From NCBI GenBank assembly GCA_964621425.1, contig CAZUNW010000006.1, positions 1-28,031 on the forward strand: DNA of 28,031 nt, read 5' to 3'. The number at the start of each line of letters is the position of its first letter. The first letter of the stretch is position 1. Both the position numbers and the translations under genes were made by a program. The stretch comes from an uncultured Chryseobacterium sp. (GTDB lineage: Bacteria > Bacteroidota > Bacteroidia > Flavobacteriales_F > PHOS-HE28). Positions 25,501 to 28,031 of the stretch are shown here, in pieces. Below the pieces are notes generated by a model. It made no database searches, was not told the DNA's origin, and saw nothing but the letters and a program-made list of their open reading frames with translations.

Positions 25501-27123
25501 GTGCTGGTGGCCACCTCGAACCATGGGTGCAGCGATACGGCCACCGCGGCGATCCTTGTTCATCCCGCGCCCCTCATGCAGTTCATGCCGGCTGTACTCT
25601 CCGGTTGCCAGCCGCTACCGCTGGGCCTGCAGGACCTTTCGATCGGTGCCGCTTCGATCACCTGGAACTGGGGTGATGGCGACCAGCAGGCCGGGGTGCC
25701 CGGCAATGCCCAGCACACGTTCATGCATGGTGACAGCGTGCCCGTGGACTTCACCATCCAGCAGATCGGTGCCTCGGTGCACGGCTGCACCGATACCGCA
25801 CAGGCCGTGGTCCAGGTGTACCCGGCCATTACGGCCTCGTTCAACGCTTCCTCCGATGGATGTTCGCCCATGGCCTACGCCCCGGTGAATACGAGCATCG
25901 GCGCTTCCAGCTACCTGTGGACCATGGGTGACGGGGTCACGCTGGTCGGTCCTGCCCCTGTGCATACCTACATGAACGGCACGCTGGCAAACCAGACCTG
26001 GATGGTGACGCTGACCGCGACCTCGCCCTGGGGATGCTCCGCCAGCGCCCAGCAGCCAGTGGTGATCCATCCCACGCCGAACGCACAGTTCCAGGGAACA
26101 CCATTCGTGCAGCAGTTCCCGGCTTCCACCGTTGCGCTTACGAATACGAGCTCAACCGGGCCGTGGACGCACACCTGGGACATGGGCGATGGGACCATCC
26201 TCAATGGTGCGCAGCCGGGCGGACATTCCTATGCGGGTTGGGGCCAGTTCACGATCACCCTGGTGGTCACGGATAATGTGTGCGGCGATACCGCTACCCA
26301 GGTCGTTACCATTGAGCCGCCTTATCCCACTGCCTCCTTCACCGGGTCGGCGGATGGTTGCGCCCCCCTCACGGTGCAGTTCACCAACACGTCGCTGCTG
26401 GGCCAGTCGTACCTCTGGAACTTCGGTGATGGTGGCTCGAGCACAGCGGACAATCCGGTGTACACCTTCACCGTGCCGGGCACCTACACGGTGACCCTCA
26501 CGGCTCATGGTCCCGGCGGTACGGTGAACACGGCCGTCCATGTGGACAGCATCGTGGTGCGTCCGCGGGCAACAGCCTTCTTCATCGCGCAGCCTGAGCA
26601 GGTGGTGGTGCCTGGTGAGCCGGTGGACTTCCACAACCTGAGCGGCAATGCGGATAGTTTCTGGTGGGACCTGGGTGACGGAACGACCACGACCGAAATG
26701 AACCCGGAGCACACCTATCAGCAGGCGGGGGGCTACACGGTCACTCTGGTGGCCAACAACATGTGGAACTGCCCGGACACCTTCACCGTGGTGGATGCTG
26801 TGATGGGCATCGCCACAGGGTCCATCGCTTTTCCCAACGCCTTCACGCCGAACGGCGACGGGCCAACCGACGGCATCTACGACCCGAGCTCGTTGAGCAA
26901 TGACTTCTTCTTCCCCGTCCAGGAGGGTGTCCAGGATTACCGCCTGCAGGTGTTCAACCGCTGGGGGGAGCTGGTCTTCGAGTCCACGGATGTCCGCAGG
27001 GGCTGGGATGGCTATTACCGCGGCGAGCAGGCGAAACAGGACGTCTACGCCTGGAAGGCCTGGGCGAGGTTCAGCGATGGGAGGGAGCAGAAACTGGCGG
27101 GTGATGTAACCCTGTTGCGTTAA
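22591..27123 (+). CDS. Large PKD-repeat surface protein with a T9SS type-B (gliding motility-associated) CTD
   Basis: Signal peptide ...AQASA|Q and 16 W-x-(F/L/M/W/Y)-G-(D/T) PKD core motifs. CTD is FPNAFTPNGDG...VFNRWGELVFES...GWDG...GDVTLLR. Start set at ATG 22591, 1510 aa. Confidence 0.9.
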   Translation: MNRTLLNVARTGGLLVVLSMAAQASAQCPMLYDHNGVPSAAPEWISCSGLPHTLVIASPQPVAGGYTIDWGDGSPQFVGAGLVPPATVTHVYAPAVAERTIIFTHLMTGCVVTGKLIMEQSTSASIQIPVGGLTQVCAPQAIDFINSSTNVSPNTVFTWAFGDGTPQSLFDHTNLGQVTSHLYLPGTVSCETTVRLFAQNRCNELQGGPSVATFNPIRVWDIDSARIAPSATLLCWPDRTVTFQNITERNCLQQGNINQRFELWNFGDHWGLGHDSIIGWTPWPPSFPRVIEYPGIGIYDVMLLDSSYCGVDTAHVQIKIVPPPSVTLTGGPLTVCAGGTVSFDENTGGGANYFEWDFGTGGGFHWTAAGDQSHMFATPGTYTVSYAASIQGATAGCADTASVTVEVLPSPTAGFSVDRSAACDSLTVTFTNTSVNAVAQLWDLGDGTTSTAFEPPPHFYAGPGSYMVTLTVANGDGCEDVHTQQIDVYAPPVVLIGAQNVCEGVLAQFADLTVTAPGNEVVQWAWELGDGTTSADAAPAHLYAANGGYTVTLTVTTPYCSGNGSQNVLVEPVPTASFLPVPTIGCSPLGVQFTSTSIGAVDHAWSFGDGASGTGTTPFHTYVNHGAVDAVHTATLVVSTLFGCTDTATASITVAPPVVASFVHDGQPACAPLAVQFANTSTGAGSYSWSFGDGGSSSAASPAHQYANNGLFLQTNTVQLVATSSAGCADTATATISVYPTPQFAFSPQPAAGCSPLSVAFPAIMGAVSLAWDFGDGSTSNSPAPAHTYVNTGIAPVTHPVTLVGMNAFGCVDTTYGAVTVNPTPEASFSLAAGSGCHPFTTSLTNSSTGATTHAWIYGDGAASNTNAPVHAHTWMNPFAVPQTYDVGLVASNAYGCSSTASAEVEVFPAVIAQFLADTVGCSPFDAQLTDISTGASNHLWLFGDGGASALASPAHTYVNQGVDDVVFNPVLVATSNHGCSDTATAAILVHPAPLMQFMPAVLSGCQPLPLGLQDLSIGAASITWNWGDGDQQAGVPGNAQHTFMHGDSVPVDFTIQQIGASVHGCTDTAQAVVQVYPAITASFNASSDGCSPMAYAPVNTSIGASSYLWTMGDGVTLVGPAPVHTYMNGTLANQTWMVTLTATSPWGCSASAQQPVVIHPTPNAQFQGTPFVQQFPASTVALTNTSSTGPWTHTWDMGDGTILNGAQPGGHSYAGWGQFTITLVVTDNVCGDTATQVVTIEPPYPTASFTGSADGCAPLTVQFTNTSLLGQSYLWNFGDGGSSTADNPVYTFTVPGTYTVTLTAHGPGGTVNTAVHVDSIVVRPRATAFFIAQPEQVVVPGEPVDFHNLSGNADSFWWDLGDGTTTTEMNPEHTYQQAGGYTVTLVANNMWNCPDTFTVVDAVMGIATGSIAFPNAFTPNGDGPTDGIYDPSSLSNDFFFPVQEGVQDYRLQVFNRWGELVFESTDVRRGWDGYYRGEQAKQDVYAWKAWARFSDGREQKLAGDVTLLR
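22780..26800 (+). repeat. Tandem array of about 16 PKD (Ig-like) coding repeats, about 84 codons each (boundaries approximate)
   Basis: Recurrent GC.PL.V.F.N.S...W.FGDG...H.Y...Y.VTL......GC.DT units. CCTGGTCCTTCGG(C/T)GATGGGG recurs at 24401 and 24653, 252 nt apart. Confidence 0.8.
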
Positions 27124-27133
27124 AGTGGAGCAC

Positions 27134-28031
27134 ATGCGTCGCTACGCCCTTCCGCTGCTGGCCCTTCTCAACGCATTCCCTGCGGTGCTGGAGGCGCAGA
27201 CCGGTTACAGCCGCGTGCATGACCGCATGCTCGAGGAGGCGAAGCTCCTGCTCGGCATGGAGGATCATGTGGAGGCGGCGAAGATCTACCGCCGGCTGGA
27301 GCAGGTGGATACGGCGTTTGCCGAAGTGCAGCTTGAGCTGGGCCTTTGCTATTCCCAGATACCCCAGATGCGGGAGCATGCCGCCCTGCGGTTCGAGCGT
27401 GCCGTGCGCCTTGGAGATGAGGAGGCCCTGTACCATCTTGGCCTGGCACGCCACCGGCAGCAGCGGTTCGACGAGGCCATCGAGCTATTGCATCGCTACC
27501 GTGCCCTGCCTCACCGGGTGATGGATGATCAGGAGGTGGATGAGGCGGTGGCCATGTGCGAACGGGCGAAGCGGCTCACCGCATCCCCCGTCCGGCTGGT
27601 GGTGCGCAACCTGGGCCCGCTTGTGAACAGCCCCGATCACGATTACTGCCCGCTGCTGACGGCAGACGGCAGTACGTTGTACTTCACATCCCGTCGTGAA
27701 GGCACCACCGGCGGCCTGAAGGATCCCAATGGCCAGTGGTTCGAGGACATTTACATGGCCACTCGTGCTGGAGGCCAATGGGGTGCGGTCATGAACGCGG
27801 GGGCACCGCTGAACACCGCCCTGCAGGATGCCACCGTGGGTCTTTCCGGAGATGGTGCCTCCATGGTCATTTATCGCACCGGTCGCGACCTGGTGAGCGG
27901 CGACCTGTTCGAGAGCCGTGGCACCAGCTCGGGGTGGGGTGAGCCCGAACTGATGACCTCGCGCATCAATGGGGAGCACCATGAGCCCAGCGCCACGTTG
28001 AGCCCGGACGGGTCGGAGATCTACTTCACGA
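27134..28031 (+). CDS. TPR + PD40 (WD40-like propeller) periplasmic protein, PorE/OmpA-like architecture, 3' end outside the window
   Basis: Open frame from ATG 27134 to the window end. SPI-type signal (...VLEA|Q), TPR helices (LGLCY, ALYHLGLA) and PD40 motifs (NLGPLVNS..HDYCP.L.ADG..LYFTSRR, SATLSPDG..IYFT). Absent from the ORF track because it has no stop. Confidence 0.8.
   Translation, partial: MRRYALPLLALLNAFPAVLEAQTGYSRVHDRMLEEAKLLLGMEDHVEAAKIYRRLEQVDTAFAEVQLELGLCYSQIPQMREHAALRFERAVRLGDEEALYHLGLARHRQQRFDEAIELLHRYRALPHRVMDDQEVDEAVAMCERAKRLTASPVRLVVRNLGPLVNSPDHDYCPLLTADGSTLYFTSRREGTTGGLKDPNGQWFEDIYMATRAGGQWGAVMNAGAPLNTALQDATVGLSGDGASMVIYRTGRDLVSGDLFESRGTSSGWGEPELMTSRINGEHHEPSATLSPDGSEIYFT

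Noticed and set aside
22762-27135. Minus-strand ORFs of 574, 236 and 327 aa opposite the PKD giant
   Set aside because: Their apparent periodicity mirrors the PKD repeats on the plus strand. No independent coding signal.
1-28031. Mobile elements, prophage, CRISPR arrays, tRNA/rRNA, or a defence island around the two nucleases
   Set aside because: No transposase/integrase motifs, spaced direct repeats, RNA-gene signatures or visible compositional shift. The helicase and nuclease fit housekeeping AddAB, not Cas4 or a restriction system.

Overview
This is a GC-rich chromosomal window from a Bacteroidota organism, probably Flavobacteriales-like. That placement is inferred from the T9SS C-terminal domains, TAnnTTTG-type promoters and the men gene order. 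From left to right it holds: the 3' end of an RluA/RluD pseudouridine synthase; a translationally coupled menaquinone operon (menI-menF-menD-menB-menA-menC-menE, minus strand, no menH); a divergent orphan OmpR-family response regulator; a small T9SS type-A cargo; an AddB-like nuclease; an 80-aa protein not called separately in the ORF track; a PKD/type-B-CTD cargo; elaA coupled to an AddA-like helicase-nuclease; a three-gene lipoprotein operon; a cysteine-less SthA/Lpd-like flavoprotein; a 1510-aa adhesin-like cargo with about 16 PKD repeats; and the start of a TPR/PD40 protein. The best candidate for an undescribed system is the lipoprotein operon: an MbnP-family WxW protein plus two MauG/MbnH-like di-heme paralogs. 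One paralog keeps all MauG-type catalytic hallmarks (axial Tyr, inter-heme Trp, a Trp next to heme 2). The other keeps both hemes and the peroxide pocket but has lost the Tyr and the inter-heme Trp. Other notable signals are a shared leader motif with a hairpin in front of two T9SS cargo genes, clustered substitutions in the MenB active-site motif, and near-leaderless back-to-back promoters. I saw no mobile element, tRNA/rRNA or CRISPR array. All assignments come from motif recognition by eye; no database search was run.
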